Source of the DNA: Escherichia coli O157:H7
GTDB lineage: Bacteria; Pseudomonadota; Gammaproteobacteria; Enterobacterales; Enterobacteriaceae
Direction: 5' to 3' (one strand)
DNA length: 64,000 nt
Assembly: GCF_013167455.1 (NCBI RefSeq)
Contig: NZ_CP038328.1
The position numbers were made by a program, and so were the translations under genes. Below are positions 1 to 12,682 of the stretch, piece by piece. Below the pieces are notes generated by a model that had not been told where the DNA came from, searched no databases, and saw only the letters and a program-made list of their open reading frames with translations. Numbering within the stretch: position 1 is the first letter of the stretch; each line of letters starts with the position of its first letter.

Positions 1-1858
1 GCTGACCGTTTACACTACCCGCCCGGACACCTTTATGGGTTGTACCTACCTGGCGGTAGCTGCGGGTCATCCGCTGGCGCAGAAAGCGGCGGAAAATAAT
101 CCTGAACTGGCGGCCTTTATTGACGAATGCCGTAACACCAAAGTTGCTGAAGCTGAAATGGCGACGATGGAGAAAAAAGGCGTCAATACTGGCTTTAAAG
201 CTGTTCACCCATTAACGGGCGAAGAAATTCCCGTTTGGGCAGCAAACTTCGTATTGATGGAGTACGGCACGGGCGCAGTAATGGCGGTTCCGGGGCACGA
301 CCAACGCGACTACGAGTTTGCCTCTAAATACGGCCTGAACATCAAACCGGTTATCCTGGCGGCTGACGGCTCTGAGCCAGATCTTTCTCAGCAAGCCCTG
401 ACTGAAAAAGGCGTGCTGTTCAACTCTGGCGAGTTCAACGGTCTTGACCATGAAGCGGCCTTCAACGCCATCGCCGATAAACTGACTGCGATGGGCGTTG
501 GCGAGCGTAAAGTGAACTACCGCCTGCGTGACTGGGGTGTTTCTCGTCAGCGTTACTGGGGCGCGCCGATTCCGATGGTGACGCTGGAAGACGGTACCGT
601 AATGCCGACCCCGGACGACCAGCTGCCGGTGATCCTGCCGGAAGATGTGGTGATGGACGGCATTACCAGCCCGATTAAAGCAGATCCACAGTGGGCGAAA
701 ACTACCGTTAACGGTATGCCAGCGCTGCGTGAAACCGACACTTTCGACACCTTTATGGAGTCCTCCTGGTACTATGCGCGCTACACTTGCCCAGAGTACA
801 AAGAAGGTATGCTGGATTCCGAAGCGGCTAACTACTGGCTGCCGGTGGATATCTACATTGGTGGTATCGAACACGCCATTATGCACCTGCTCTACTTCCG
901 CTTCTTCCACAAACTGATGCGTGATGCAGGCATGGTGAACTCTGACGAACCAGCGAAACAGTTGCTGTGTCAGGGTATGGTGCTGGCAGATGCCTTCTAC
1001 TATGTTGGCGAAAACGGCGAACGTAACTGGGTTTCCCCGGTTGATGCTATCGTTGAACGTGACGAGAAAGGCCGTATCGTGAAAGCGAAAGATGCGGCAG
1101 GCCATGAACTGGTTTATACCGGCATGAGCAAAATGTCCAAGTCGAAGAACAACGGTATCGACCCGCAGGTGATGGTTGAACGTTACGGCGCGGACACCGT
1201 TCGTCTGTTTATGATGTTTGCTTCTCCGGCTGATATGACTCTCGAATGGCAGGAATCCGGCGTGGAAGGGGCTAACCGCTTCCTGAAACGTGTCTGGAAA
1301 CTGGTGTACGAGCATACTGCGAAAGGTGATGTTGCGGCACTGAACGTTGATGCACTGACTGAAGATCAGAAAGCGCTGCGTCGCGATGTGCATAAAACTA
1401 TCGCTAAAGTGACCGATGATATCGGCCGTCGTCAGACCTTCAACACCGCAATTGCGGCGATTATGGAGCTGATGAACAAACTGGCGAAAGCACCGACCGA
1501 TGGCGAGCAGGATCGCGCTCTGATGCAGGAAGCACTGCTGGCCGTTGTCCGTATGCTTAACCCGTTCACCCCGCACATCTGCTTCACGCTGTGGCAGGAA
1601 CTGAAAGGCGAAGGCGATATCGACAACGCGCCGTGGCCGGTTGCTGACGAAAAAGCGATGGTGGAAGACTCCACGCTGGTCGTGGTGCAGGTTAACGGTA
1701 AAGTCCGTGCTAAAATCACCGTTCCGGTGGACGCAACGGAAGAACAGGTTCGCGAACGTGCTGGCCAGGAACATCTGGTAGCAAAATATCTTGATGGCGT
1801 TACTGTACGTAAAGTGATTTACGTACCAGGTAAACTCCTCAATCTGGTCGTTGGCTAA
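1..1858 (+). CDS. leuS: leucyl-tRNA synthetase, C-terminal ~619 codons (5' end lies outside window)
   Basis: ORF 35..1858 continues in frame to window start (codon phase from position 2: [17 protein letters not shown]...); class I aaRS KMSKS motif visible ([11 protein letters not shown]). Confidence 0.97.
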   Translation, partial: LTVYTTRPDTFMGCTYLAVAAGHPLAQKAAENNPELAAFIDECRNTKVAEAEMATMEKKGVNTGFKAVHPLTGEEIPVWAANFVLMEYGTGAVMAVPGHDQRDYEFASKYGLNIKPVILAADGSEPDLSQQALTEKGVLFNSGEFNGLDHEAAFNAIADKLTAMGVGERKVNYRLRDWGVSRQRYWGAPIPMVTLEDGTVMPTPDDQLPVILPEDVVMDGITSPIKADPQWAKTTVNGMPALRETDTFDTFMESSWYYARYTCPEYKEGMLDSEAANYWLPVDIYIGGIEHAIMHLLYFRFFHKLMRDAGMVNSDEPAKQLLCQGMVLADAFYYVGENGERNWVSPVDAIVERDEKGRIVKAKDAAGHELVYTGMSKMSKSKNNGIDPQVMVERYGADTVRLFMMFASPADMTLEWQESGVEGANRFLKRVWKLVYEHTAKGDVAALNVDALTEDQKALRRDVHKTIAKVTDDIGRRQTFNTAIAAIMELMNKLAKAPTDGEQDRALMQEALLAVVRMLNPFTPHICFTLWQELKGEGDIDNAPWPVADEKAMVEDSTLVVVQVNGKVRAKITVPVDATEEQVRERAGQEHLVAKYLDGVTVRKVIYVPGKLLNLVVG

Positions 1859-1872
1859 GCGCGGGAGGAAGC

Positions 1873-2454
1873 GTGCGATATCTGGCAACATTGTTGTTAT
1901 CTCTGGCGGTGTTAATCACCGCCGGGTGTGGCTGGCATCTGCGTGACACCACGCAGGTTCCTTCCACTATGAAGGTCATGATCCTGGACTCAGGCGATCC
2001 GAACGGGCCATTAAGCCGTGCGGTGCGTAACCAGTTACGTCTGAATGGTGTCGAGTTGCTTGATAAAGAAACCACGCGTAAGGACGTTCCATCCCTGCGT
2101 TTGGGTGCTGTATCAATCTCACAGGATACCGCGTCGGTTTTCCGTAATGGTCAAACTGCGGAATATCAGATGGTGATGACTGTTAGCGCGTCGGTATTGA
2201 TTCCTGGACGAGATATCTACCCGATTAGCACCAAAGTCTTCCGTTCATTCTTCGATAACCCGCAAATGGCGTTAGCGAAAGATAACGAGCAGGAAATGAT
2301 CATTAAAGAGATGTACGACCGTGCTGCCGAACAGCTGATTCGTAAGCTGCCAAGCATCCGTGCTGCGGATATTCGTTCCGACGAAGAACAGACGTCGACT
2401 ACAACGGATACTCCGGCAACGCCTGCACGCGTCTCCACCACGCTGGGTAACTGA
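1873..2454 (+). CDS. lptE: LPS assembly lipoprotein LptE
   Basis: 193 aa ORF with GTG start; lipoprotein signal and lipobox (LITAGC); immediately downstream of leuS as in E. coli. Confidence 0.93.
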
Positions 2455-3485
2455 TGATTCGGTTGTACCCGGAACAACTCCGCGCGCAGCTCAATGAAGG
2501 GCTGCGCGCGGCGTATCTTTTACTTGGTAACGATCCTCTGTTATTGCAGGAAAGCCAGGACGCTGTTCGTCAGGTAGCTGCGGCACAAGGATTCGAAGAA
2601 CACCACACTTTTTCCATTGATCCCAACACTGACTGGAATGCGATCTTTTCGTTATGCCAGGCCATGAGTCTGTTTGCCAGTCGACAAACGCTATTGCTGT
2701 TGTTACCAGAAAACGGACCGAACGCGGCGATCAATGAACAACTTCTCACACTCACCGGACTTCTGCATGACGACCTGCTGTTGATCGTCCGCGGTAATAA
2801 ATTAAGCAAAGCGCAAGAAAATGCCGCCTGGTTTACTGCTCTTGCGAATCGCAGCGTGCAGGTGACCTGTCAGACACCGGAGCAGGCTCAGCTTCCCCGC
2901 TGGGTTGCTGCGCGCGCAAAACAGCTCAACTTAGAACTGGATGACGCGGCGAATCAGGTGCTCTGCTACTGTTATGAAGGTAACCTGCTGGCGCTGGCTC
3001 AGGCACTGGAGCGTTTATCGCTGCTCTGGCCAGACGGCAAACTGACATTACCGCGCGTTGAACAGGCGGTGAATGATGCCGCGCATTTCACTCCTTTTCA
3101 TTGGGTTGATGCTTTGTTGATGGGAAAAAGTAAGCGCGCATTGCATATTCTTCAGCAACTGCGTCTGGAAGGCAGCGAACCGGTTATTTTGTTGCGCACA
3201 TTACAACGTGAACTCTTGTTACTGGTTAACCTGAAACGCCAGTCTGCCCATACGCCACTGCGTGCGTTGTTTGATAAGCATCGGGTATGGCAGAACCGCC
3301 GGGGCATGATGGGCGAGGCGTTAAATCGCTTAAGTCAGCCGCAGTTACGTCAGGCCGTGCAACTCCTGACACGAACGGAACTCACCCTCAAACAAGATTA
3401 CAGTCAGTCAGTGTGGGCAGAGTTGGAAGGGTTATCTCTTCTGTTGTGCCATAAACCCCTGGCGGACGTATTTATCGACGGTTGA
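2454..3485 (+). CDS. holA: DNA polymerase III delta subunit
   Basis: 343 aa ORF; start ATG overlaps lptE stop (TGATG); sequence recognised as HolA. Confidence 0.93.
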   Translation: MIRLYPEQLRAQLNEGLRAAYLLLGNDPLLLQESQDAVRQVAAAQGFEEHHTFSIDPNTDWNAIFSLCQAMSLFASRQTLLLLLPENGPNAAINEQLLTLTGLLHDDLLLIVRGNKLSKAQENAAWFTALANRSVQVTCQTPEQAQLPRWVAARAKQLNLELDDAANQVLCYCYEGNLLALAQALERLSLLWPDGKLTLPRVEQAVNDAAHFTPFHWVDALLMGKSKRALHILQQLRLEGSEPVILLRTLQRELLLLVNLKRQSAHTPLRALFDKHRVWQNRRGMMGEALNRLSQPQLRQAVQLLTRTELTLKQDYSQSVWAELEGLSLLLCHKPLADVFIDG

Positions 3486-3486
3486 T

Positions 3487-4128
3487 ATGAAATCTTTACA
3501 GGCTCTGTTTGGCGGCACCTTTGATCCGGTGCACTATGGTCATCTAAAACCCGTGGAAACGCTGGCGAATTTGATTGGTCTGACGCGAGTCACAATCATC
3601 CCTAATAATGTTCCTCCGCATCGTCCCCAGCCGGAAGCGAACAGCGTACAGCGTAAACACATGCTTGAACTGGCGATTGCCGACAAGCCATTATTTACTC
3701 TTGATGAACGCGAGCTAAAGCGCAATGCCCCCTCTTACACTGCGCAAACACTGAAAGAGTGGCGGCAGGAACAAGGGCCGGACGTGCCGCTGGCGTTTAT
3801 TATTGGTCAGGATTCATTGCTGACCTTTCCGACCTGGTACGAATACGAAACGATACTCGACAATGCACATTTGATCGTCTGTCGGCGTCCAGGTTACCCA
3901 CTTGAAATGGCGCAACCGCAATACCAGCAATGGCTGGAAGATCATTTGACACATAACCCGGAAGATCTTCACCTTCAGCCTGCCGGTAAAATTTATCTGG
4001 CTGAAACGCCGTGGTTTAACATCTCGGCGACCATCATCCGCGAACGTTTGCAAAACGGTGAATCATGTGATGATTTATTGCCGGAACCGGTACTGACTTA
4101 CATTAACCAACAAGGCTTGTATCGCTGA
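3487..4128 (+). CDS. nadD: nicotinate-mononucleotide adenylyltransferase
   Basis: 213 aa ORF; nucleotidyltransferase motif [11 protein letters not shown] near N-terminus. Confidence 0.93.
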   Translation: MKSLQALFGGTFDPVHYGHLKPVETLANLIGLTRVTIIPNNVPPHRPQPEANSVQRKHMLELAIADKPLFTLDERELKRNAPSYTAQTLKEWRQEQGPDVPLAFIIGQDSLLTFPTWYEYETILDNAHLIVCRRPGYPLEMAQPQYQQWLEDHLTHNPEDLHLQPAGKIYLAETPWFNISATIIRERLQNGESCDDLLPEPVLTYINQQGLYR

Positions 4129-4151
4129 TACCTGTCGTTACGGAGGGCATG

Positions 4152-4763
4152 ATGCGACTGTGGTTAATTCGTCATGGCGAAACACAAGCGAATGTCGATG
4201 GTCTGTACAGCGGTCATGCGCCCACACCCCTGACCGCACGCGGTATTGAGCAAGCGCAAAATCTGCATACACTGCTAGATGATGTTTCCTTTGACCTGGT
4301 TTTATGCAGTGAACTGGAACGGGCACAGCATACCGCGCGACTGGTTCTCAGTGACCGCCAGCTCCCCGTTCATATCATCCCTGAACTCAACGAAATGTTT
4401 TTTGGCGACTGGGAGATGCGACATCATCGCGACCTCATGCAAGAAGATGCCGAAAACTATAGCGCGTGGTGCAATGACTGGCAGCATGCTATCCCCACGA
4501 ACGGTGAAGGATTTCAGGCATTTTCGCAACGTGTGGAACGCTTTATCGCAAGGCTTAGTGAATATCAGCACTATCAGAATATTTTAATCGTCAGCCATCA
4601 GGGCGTACTTAGTCTGTTAATTGCTCGTTTAATTGGCATGCCTGCCGAGTCTATGTGGCATTTTCGCGTTGACCAGGGGTGTTGGAGCGCCATTGATATA
4701 AACCAAAAATTCGCGACGCTACGCGTCCTCAATAGCCGTGCCATCGGGGTCGAGAATGCATGA
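4152..4763 (+). CDS. cobC: alpha-ribazole phosphatase / histidine phosphatase family
   Basis: 203 aa from second ATG (better spacing to GGAGG); RHGE catalytic motif (LIRHGETQAN); track ORF starts one codon earlier at 4149. Confidence 0.9.
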   Translation: MRLWLIRHGETQANVDGLYSGHAPTPLTARGIEQAQNLHTLLDDVSFDLVLCSELERAQHTARLVLSDRQLPVHIIPELNEMFFGDWEMRHHRDLMQEDAENYSAWCNDWQHAIPTNGEGFQAFSQRVERFIARLSEYQHYQNILIVSHQGVLSLLIARLIGMPAESMWHFRVDQGCWSAIDINQKFATLRVLNSRAIGVENA

Positions 4764-5004
4764 CTTTTCTGTTTTTTTACGGGTAAGCCGCAACGACCAT
4801 TGACAGCCCCGGGCAGGCTGATATTCTCCGCAGCCAGACTTTTTCCGCCAGACACGACTTTGTAGAAATTGTTTTACAAAAATGGCGATGCAATCTGCGG
4901 CGCGGGGTGGGATGATAGCCCACTTTCGAAAGCCGATTCGGCGACAATTGTCCCGAAATCGCCTCTGGTTCAGGTATACTGACAGACCATTTTTATCTAT
5001 TTGA

Positions 5005-5340
<336 letters not shown>

Positions 5341-5343
5341 TGC

Positions 5344-5811
5344 GTGAAGCTGCAACTTGTCGCCGTGGGAACGAAAATGCCGGACTGGGTACAAACCGGT
5401 TTTACCGAGTACCTGCGTCGTTTTCCGAAAGATATGCCCTTCGAGCTGATTGAAATTCCGGCCGGAAAACGCGGCAAGAATGCGGACATCAAGCGCATAC
5501 TCGACAAAGAGGGTGAGCAGATGTTGGCGGCCGCAGGCAAAAACCGCATTGTCACCCTCGATATTCCAGGCAAGCCCTGGGATACGCCGCAGTTAGCCGC
5601 TGAGCTGGAACGCTGGAAGCTGGATGGTCGCGACGTCAGTCTACTGATTGGCGGGCCTGAAGGGTTGTCGCCTGCCTGTAAAGCGGCGGCGGAGCAGAGC
5701 TGGTCGCTGTCGGCGCTTACCCTCCCCCATCCGCTGGTTCGCGTGCTGGTCGCAGAGAGTCTGTACCGGGCGTGGAGCATCACCACCAACCATCCTTATC
5801 ACCGTGAGTGA
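5344..5811 (+). CDS. rlmH: 23S rRNA (pseudouridine1915-N3)-methyltransferase
   Basis: 155 aa ORF with GTG start 4 nt after rsfS stop; SPOUT methyltransferase RlmH/YbeA. Confidence 0.92.
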
Positions 5812-5841
5812 TAAGGGAGCTTTGAGTAGAAAACGCAGCGG

Positions 5842-7743
5842 ATGAAACTACAGAACTCTTTTCGCGACTATACGGCAGAGTCCGCGCTGTTTGTGCGCCG
5901 GGCGCTGGTCGCCTTTTTGGGGATTTTGCTGCTGACCGGCGTGCTTATCGCCAACCTGTATAATCTGCAAATTGTTCGCTTTACCGACTACCAGACCCGC
6001 TCTAATGAAAACCGCATTAAGCTGGTGCCTATCGCGCCCAGCCGCGGCATTATCTACGACCGTAACGGTATCCCTCTGGCCCTCAACCGCACTATCTACC
6101 AGATAGAAATGATGCCGGAGAAAGTCGATAACGTGCAGCAAACGCTGGACGCTTTGCGCAGCGTGGTTGATCTGACCGATGACGATATTGCTGCATTCCG
6201 AAAAGAGCGCGCACGTTCACACCGTTTCACCTCCATTCCGGTGAAAACTAACCTGACCGAAGTACAAGTAGCTCGCTTTGCCGTCAATCAGTACCGTTTT
6301 CCGGGTGTTGAAGTTAAAGGCTATAAACGTCGTTACTATCCTTACGGTTCGGCGTTGACCCACGTCATCGGCTATGTGTCGAAAATCAACGATAAAGACG
6401 TCGAACGCCTGAATAATGACGGCAAACTGGCCAACTATGCGGCAACGCATGATATCGGTAAGCTGGGCATTGAGCGTTACTATGAAGACGTGCTGCACGG
6501 TCAGACCGGTTATGAAGAGGTTGAAGTTAACAACCGTGGGCGTGTTATCCGCCAGTTAAAAGAAGTCCCACCGCAAGCCGGACACGATATTTACCTGACG
6601 CTGGATCTCAAACTCCAGCAATATATTGAAACGCTGCTGGCGGGTAGCCGCGCAGCTGTGGTAGTCACCGATCCGCGTACAGGTGGGGTGCTGGCGCTGG
6701 TTTCCACGCCTAGTTATGACCCAAACTTGTTTGTTGACGGTATCTCCAGCAAAGATTATTCCGCCTTGTTGAACGACCCGAATACACCGCTGGTGAACCG
6801 CGCCACACAGGGGGTTTATCCTCCCGCGTCTACAGTTAAACCCTATGTGGCGGTTTCGGCATTGAGCGCCGGGGTGATCACGCGCAATACGACGCTGTTT
6901 GACCCTGGCTGGTGGCAACTGCCAGGTTCGGAAAAACGTTATCGTGACTGGAAAAAATGGGGCCACGGGCGTCTGAATGTCACAAGATCGCTGGAAGAAT
7001 CTGCGGATACCTTCTTCTATCAGGTGGCCTACGATATGGGGATCGATCGCCTCTCCGAATGGATGGGTAAATTCGGTTATGGTCATTATACCGGTATCGA
7101 CCTGGCGGAAGAACGTTCCGGCAATATGCCTACCCGCGAATGGAAACAGAAACGCTTTAAAAAACCGTGGTATCAGGGTGACACCATTCCGGTTGGTATC
7201 GGTCAGGGTTACTGGACAGCGACCCCAATCCAGATGAGTAAGGCACTGATGATCCTGATTAATGACGGTATCGTGAAGGTTCCGCATTTGCTGATGAGCA
7301 CCGCCGAAGACGGCAAACAGGTGCCATGGGTACAACCGCATGAACCGCCCGTTGGCGATATTCATTCCGGTTACTGGGAGCTGGCGAAAGACGGTATGTA
7401 CGGTGTTGCTAACCGCCCTAACGGTACGGCGCATAAATACTTTGCCAGCGCACCGTACAAAATTGCGGCGAAATCTGGTACCGCTCAGGTCTTCGGTCTG
7501 AAAGCGAACGAAACCTATAATGCGCACAAAATTGCCGAGCGTTTACGTGACCACAAACTGATGACCGCCTTTGCGCCATACAACAATCCGCAAGTGGCTG
7601 TCGCCATGATTCTGGAGAACGGTGGCGCGGGTCCGGCGGTTGGTACGCTGATGCGCCAGATCCTCGACCACATTATGCTGGGTGATAACAACACCGATCT
7701 GCCTGCGGAAAATCCTGCGGTTGCCGCAGCGGAGGACCATTAA
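5842..7743 (+). CDS. mrdA: peptidoglycan D,D-transpeptidase PBP2
   Basis: 633 aa ORF; N-terminal membrane anchor; penicillin-binding motifs SxxK (STVK) and KSGT visible. Confidence 0.97.
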   Translation: MKLQNSFRDYTAESALFVRRALVAFLGILLLTGVLIANLYNLQIVRFTDYQTRSNENRIKLVPIAPSRGIIYDRNGIPLALNRTIYQIEMMPEKVDNVQQTLDALRSVVDLTDDDIAAFRKERARSHRFTSIPVKTNLTEVQVARFAVNQYRFPGVEVKGYKRRYYPYGSALTHVIGYVSKINDKDVERLNNDGKLANYAATHDIGKLGIERYYEDVLHGQTGYEEVEVNNRGRVIRQLKEVPPQAGHDIYLTLDLKLQQYIETLLAGSRAAVVVTDPRTGGVLALVSTPSYDPNLFVDGISSKDYSALLNDPNTPLVNRATQGVYPPASTVKPYVAVSALSAGVITRNTTLFDPGWWQLPGSEKRYRDWKKWGHGRLNVTRSLEESADTFFYQVAYDMGIDRLSEWMGKFGYGHYTGIDLAEERSGNMPTREWKQKRFKKPWYQGDTIPVGIGQGYWTATPIQMSKALMILINDGIVKVPHLLMSTAEDGKQVPWVQPHEPPVGDIHSGYWELAKDGMYGVANRPNGTAHKYFASAPYKIAAKSGTAQVFGLKANETYNAHKIAERLRDHKLMTAFAPYNNPQVAVAMILENGGAGPAVGTLMRQILDHIMLGDNNTDLPAENPAVAAAEDH

Positions 7744-7745
7744 TC

Positions 7746-8858
7746 ATGACGGATAATCCGAATAAAAAAACATTCTGGGATAAAGTCCATCTCGATCCCA
7801 CAATGCTGCTGATTTTACTGGCATTGCTGGTTTACAGCGCCCTGGTTATCTGGAGCGCCAGCGGTCAGGATATTGGCATGATGGAGCGTAAAATCGGCCA
7901 AATCGCGATGGGTCTGGTCATCATGGTGGTGATGGCGCAAATTCCTCCACGCGTTTATGAAGGCTGGGCCCCCTATCTCTATATCATCTGTATTATTTTG
8001 CTGGTGGCGGTAGATGCTTTCGGTGCCATCTCTAAAGGCGCTCAACGCTGGCTGGACCTCGGTATTGTTCGTTTTCAGCCGTCGGAAATTGCCAAAATAG
8101 CCGTACCACTGATGGTTGCGCGCTTTATCAACCGCGACGTTTGCCCGCCATCGTTGAAGAACACTGGCATCGCGCTGGTGCTGATATTTATGCCCACGCT
8201 GCTGGTGGCTGCACAGCCTGACCTGGGAACATCAATCCTCGTTGCGCTTTCCGGTCTGTTTGTACTGTTCCTCTCTGGCCTTAGCTGGCGTCTGATTGGC
8301 GTCGCAGTAGTGCTGGTAGCGGCGTTCATTCCGATTCTGTGGTTCTTCCTGATGCATGATTACCAGCGCCAGCGCGTAATGATGCTCCTGGACCCGGAAT
8401 CAGACCCACTCGGCGCGGGCTATCACATTATTCAGTCTAAAATTGCTATTGGCTCCGGCGGATTACGCGGCAAAGGCTGGCTGCACGGCACTCAGTCACA
8501 GCTTGAATTTCTCCCCGAACGCCATACTGACTTTATCTTCGCGGTACTGGCGGAAGAGCTGGGATTAGTGGGCATTTTGATTCTGCTCGCTCTCTACATT
8601 CTGCTGATCATGCGCGGGCTGTGGATAGCCGCCAGAGCGCAAACCACCTTTGGTCGCGTCATGGCTGGCGGCTTAATGCTGATATTATTCGTTTATGTCT
8701 TCGTAAATATTGGTATGGTAAGCGGTATTCTGCCGGTTGTAGGGGTTCCGCTCCCACTGGTCAGTTATGGAGGATCGGCGCTAATTGTGCTGATGGCTGG
8801 GTTCGGGATTGTAATGTCAATCCACACCCACAGGAAAATGTTGTCGAAAAGCGTGTAA
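7746..8858 (+). CDS. mrdB: SEDS-family peptidoglycan glycosyltransferase RodA
   Basis: 370 aa polytopic membrane ORF immediately after mrdA; recognised as RodA. Confidence 0.96.
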   Translation: MTDNPNKKTFWDKVHLDPTMLLILLALLVYSALVIWSASGQDIGMMERKIGQIAMGLVIMVVMAQIPPRVYEGWAPYLYIICIILLVAVDAFGAISKGAQRWLDLGIVRFQPSEIAKIAVPLMVARFINRDVCPPSLKNTGIALVLIFMPTLLVAAQPDLGTSILVALSGLFVLFLSGLSWRLIGVAVVLVAAFIPILWFFLMHDYQRQRVMMLLDPESDPLGAGYHIIQSKIAIGSGGLRGKGWLHGTQSQLEFLPERHTDFIFAVLAEELGLVGILILLALYILLIMRGLWIAARAQTTFGRVMAGGLMLILFVYVFVNIGMVSGILPVVGVPLPLVSYGGSALIVLMAGFGIVMSIHTHRKMLSKSV

Positions 8859-8868
8859 GAGGTGCGCA

Positions 8869-9957
8869 ATGCGTAAGCAGTGGCTCGGGATCTGCATCGC
8901 GGCAGGAATGCTCGCGGCATGTACAAGCGATGATGGTCAGCAACAGACAGTAAGTGTACCGCAGCCTGCGGTATGTAACGGCCCCATAGTTGAAATTAGC
9001 GGGGCGGACCCGCGTTTCGAACCACTGAACGCGACGGCAAATCAGGATTACCAGCGCGACGGTAAAAGCTACAAAATCGTGCAGGATCCGTCTCGATTTA
9101 TCCAGGCGGGACTGGCGGCAATCTATGATGCCGAACCAGGCAGTAACCTGACGGCCTCTGGCGAAGCTTTCGATCCGACACAGCTGACGGCGGCCCATCC
9201 AACGCTTCCGATCCCCAGCTACGCCAGAATCACTAACCTGGCTAACGGGCGAATGATCGTGGTGCGCATTAATGATCGCGGTCCTTACGGCAACGACCGC
9301 GTTATTTCGCTTTCTCGCGCAGCAGCTGACCGTCTTAACACGTCAAACAACACCAAAGTTCGTATCGATCCGATTATTGTCGCCCAGGATGGTTCGCTTT
9401 CTGGTCCTGGTATGGCTTGTACCACAGTCGCCAAACAGACTTACGCCCTGCCTGCACCTCCCGATTTAAGCGGTGGCGCGGGAACAAGTTCAGTGTCTGG
9501 CCCGCAGGGTGACATTCTTCCGGTCAGTAATTCGACGCTAAAAAGCGAAGATCCGACCGGCGCGCCGGTAACCAGCAGCGGTTTCCTCGGCGCACCAACG
9601 ACCTTAGCGCCAGGTGTACTGGAAGGCAGCGAACCGACGCCTGCTCCACAGCCCGTTGTTACAGCTCCGTCGACAACGCCTGCAACCTCGCCTGCAATGG
9701 TGACACCGCAAGCCGCCTCGCAAAGCGCCAGCGGCAACTTTATGGTGCAGGTCGGGGCCGTAAGCGATCAGGCTCGTGCGCAACAGTACCAACAGCAACT
9801 GGGACAGAAGTTCGGCGTCCCCGGTCGCGTAACTCAAAATGGCGCGGTCTGGCGGATCCAGCTTGGCCCATTCGCCAACAAAGCCGAAGCCAGTACCTTG
9901 CAGCAACGTTTGCAAACCGAAGCCCAATTACAGTCATTTATTACCACCGCGCAGTAG
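8869..9957 (+). CDS. rlpA: septal ring lytic transglycosylase / rare lipoprotein A
   Basis: 362 aa ORF; lipobox (MLAACTS); Pro/Thr/Ser/Ala-rich linker and C-terminal SPOR-like region. Confidence 0.95.
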   Translation: MRKQWLGICIAAGMLAACTSDDGQQQTVSVPQPAVCNGPIVEISGADPRFEPLNATANQDYQRDGKSYKIVQDPSRFIQAGLAAIYDAEPGSNLTASGEAFDPTQLTAAHPTLPIPSYARITNLANGRMIVVRINDRGPYGNDRVISLSRAAADRLNTSNNTKVRIDPIIVAQDGSLSGPGMACTTVAKQTYALPAPPDLSGGAGTSSVSGPQGDILPVSNSTLKSEDPTGAPVTSSGFLGAPTTLAPGVLEGSEPTPAPQPVVTAPSTTPATSPAMVTPQAASQSASGNFMVQVGAVSDQARAQQYQQQLGQKFGVPGRVTQNGAVWRIQLGPFANKAEASTLQQRLQTEAQLQSFITTAQ

Positions 9958-10096
9958 CGTAAAGCAGGCATCTGATGTGTCAATTTCTGTAAATGACGTT
10001 AACAAAGTCACGCGGAAAGTCAGATGCCTGCCGGTAGTGCATTTGCTATAGTAGGGCACTTTTTTTAATTCCATCACGGATGTCGTAGTTCAGACC

Positions 10097-11308
10097 ATGA
10101 ATACCATTTTTTCCGCTCGTATCATGAAGCGCCTGGCGCTCACCACGGCTCTTTGCACAGCCTTTATCTCTGCTGCACATGCCGATGACCTGAATATCAA
10201 AACTATGATCCCGGGTGTACCGCAGATCGATGCGGAGTCCTACATCCTGATTGACTATAACTCCGGCAAAGTGCTCGCCGAACAGAACGCAGATGTCCGC
10301 CGCGATCCTGCCAGCCTGACCAAAATGATGACCAGTTACGTTATCGGCCAGGCAATGAAAGCCGGTAAATTTAAAGAAACTGATTTAGTCACTATTGGCA
10401 ACGACGCATGGGCCACCGGTAACCCGGTGTTTAAAGGTTCTTCGCTGATGTTCCTCAAACCGGGCATGCAGGTTCCGGTTTCTCAGCTGATCCGCGGTAT
10501 AAACCTGCAATCGGGTAACGATGCTTGTGTCGCCATGGCCGATTTTGCCGCTGGTAGCCAGGACGCTTTTGTTGGCTTGATGAACAGCTACGTTAACGCC
10601 CTGGGCCTGAAAAATACCCACTTCCAGACGGTACATGGTCTGGATGCTGATGGTCAGTACAGCTCCGCGCGCGATATGGCGCTGATCGGCCAGGCGTTGA
10701 TCCGTGACGTACCGAATGAATACTCGATCTATAAAGAAAAAGAATTTACGTTTAACGGTATTCGCCAGCTGAACCGTAACGGCCTGTTATGGGATAACAG
10801 CCTGAATGTCGACGGCATCAAAACCGGACACACTGACAAAGCAGGTTACAACCTTGTTGCTTCTGCGACTGAAGGCCAGATGCGCTTGATTTCTGCGGTG
10901 ATGGGCGGACGTACTTTTAAAGGCCGTGAAGCCGAAAGTAAAAAACTGCTAACCTGGGGCTTCCGTTTCTTCGAAACCGTTAACCCACTGAAAGTAGGTA
11001 AAGAGTTCGCCTCTGAACCGGTTTGGTTTGGTGATTCTGATCGCGCTTCGTTAGGGGTTGATAAAGACGTGTACCTGACCATTCCGCGTGGTCGCATGAA
11101 AGATCTGAAAGCCAGCTATGTGCTGAACAGCAGTGAATTGCATGCGCCGCTGCAAAAGAATCAGGTCGTCGGAACTATCAACTTCCAGCTTGATGGCAAA
11201 ACGATCGAACAACGCCCGCTGGTTGTGTTGCAAGAAATCCCGGAAGGTAACTTCTTCGGCAAAATCATTGATTACATTAAATTAATGTTCCATCACTGGT
11301 TTGGTTAA
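10097..11308 (+). CDS. dacA: D-alanyl-D-alanine carboxypeptidase PBP5
   Basis: 403 aa ORF; signal peptide; SxxK (SLTK), SGN and KTG motifs visible. Confidence 0.97.
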
Positions 11309-11417
11309 AAATTGAACACTTGAAAGTGTAATTTCCGTCCCCATATACTAAGCATCAGTAAAAAACTCCCGCCTTCTGGCGGGAGTTGCTATTTAATTAC
11401 GTTACGCCGGAGCTGAC

Positions 11418-11681
11418 ATGAAAACCAAACTTAACGAACTGCTTGAATTCCCTACTCCTTTTACTTACAAAGTTATGGGGCAGGCGTTACCTGAGCTGGT
11501 TGATCAGGTGGTTGAAGTGGTACAGCGCCATGCGCCAGGTGACTACACCCCAACGGTAAAACCAAGCAGCAAAGGCAACTACCACTCGGTATCTATCACT
11601 ATCAACGCCACTCATATCGAGCAGGTTGAAACACTGTATGAAGAACTGGGCAAAATCGATATTGTCCGCATGGTTCTGTAA
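11418..11681 (+). CDS. ybeD: UPF0250 protein YbeD
   Basis: 87 aa ORF between dacA and lipB, recognised as YbeD. Confidence 0.9.
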
Positions 11682-11781
11682 CTCGCTTCTCCGTTACCCG
11701 GCCCCTGGTCGGGTAACTCCCCTCTCCTCGCTGTGATATACTTTTCTCCCACTTTTACTCATTCTCCACGGAGATGCCGTT

Positions 11782-12423
11782 TTGTATCAGGATAAAATTC
11801 TTGTCCGCCAGCTCGGTCTTCAGCCTTACGAGCCAATCTCCCAGGCTATGCATGAATTCACCGATACCCGCGATGATAGTACCCTTGATGAAATCTGGCT
11901 GGTCGAGCACTATCCGGTATTCACCCAAGGGCAGGCAGGAAAGGCGGAGCACATTTTAATGCCCGGTGATATTCCGGTGATTCAGAGCGATCGCGGTGGG
12001 CAGGTGACTTATCACGGGCCGGGGCAACAGGTGATGTATGTATTGCTTAACCTGAAACGCCGTAAACTCGGTGTGCGTGAACTGGTGACCTTGCTTGAGC
12101 AAACAGTGGTGAATACCCTGGCTGAACTGGGTATAGAAGCGCATCCTCGGGCTGACGCGCCAGGTGTCTATGTTGGGGAAAAGAAAATTTGCTCACTGGG
12201 TTTACGTATTCGACGCGGTTGTTCATTCCACGGTCTGGCATTAAACGTCAATATGGATCTTTCACCATTTTTACGTATTAATCCTTGTGGGTATGCCGGA
12301 ATGGAAATGGCTAAAATATCACAATGGAAACCCGAAGCGACGACTAATAATATTGCACCACGTTTACTGGAAAATATTTTAGCGCTACTAAACAATCCTG
12401 ACTTCGAATATATTACCGCTTAA
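11782..12423 (+). CDS. lipB: octanoyl-[ACP]:protein N-octanoyltransferase
   Basis: 213 aa ORF with TTG start; recognised as LipB. Confidence 0.93.
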
Positions 12424-12682
12424 TTTCATACCTCAATGGCCCAATTTACACTGGGTCATTACTCATAACACCTGCTAATGCTTTACATCTCCTTCGCGTT
12501 TGTATATTTTCTTTATCACTTGCAGAAATGCGATGCTACGCCTTGCTCCGTAACTCACCCCATTGATTAACTTATTGAAATAGTTGATTATGATGAGCAA
12601 AAGCGTTCCGTTCCAATTAGACATAAGATTATTGTAATTTTTTTAAATATTATTTTTCCATGAATAAAATTGGAGTAAGTGC

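Noticed and set aside
212-1891. 559-codon ORF on the minus strand opposite leuS; similar long antisense or alternative-frame ORFs occur inside mrdA (6556..7527), lipA (13761..14609), citE (23717..24490), citF (25284..26060), ahpF (32997..33665), ahpC (34373..35035), cstA (43028..43696), entA (44701..45198), entF (55932..56480) and fepA (61399..61959)
   Set aside because: Each lies wholly inside a recognised gene on the other strand or in another frame; translations are low-complexity (Arg/His/Gly-rich) with no recognisable domains. Stop-poor antisense frames of GC-rich coding sequence are a common artefact.
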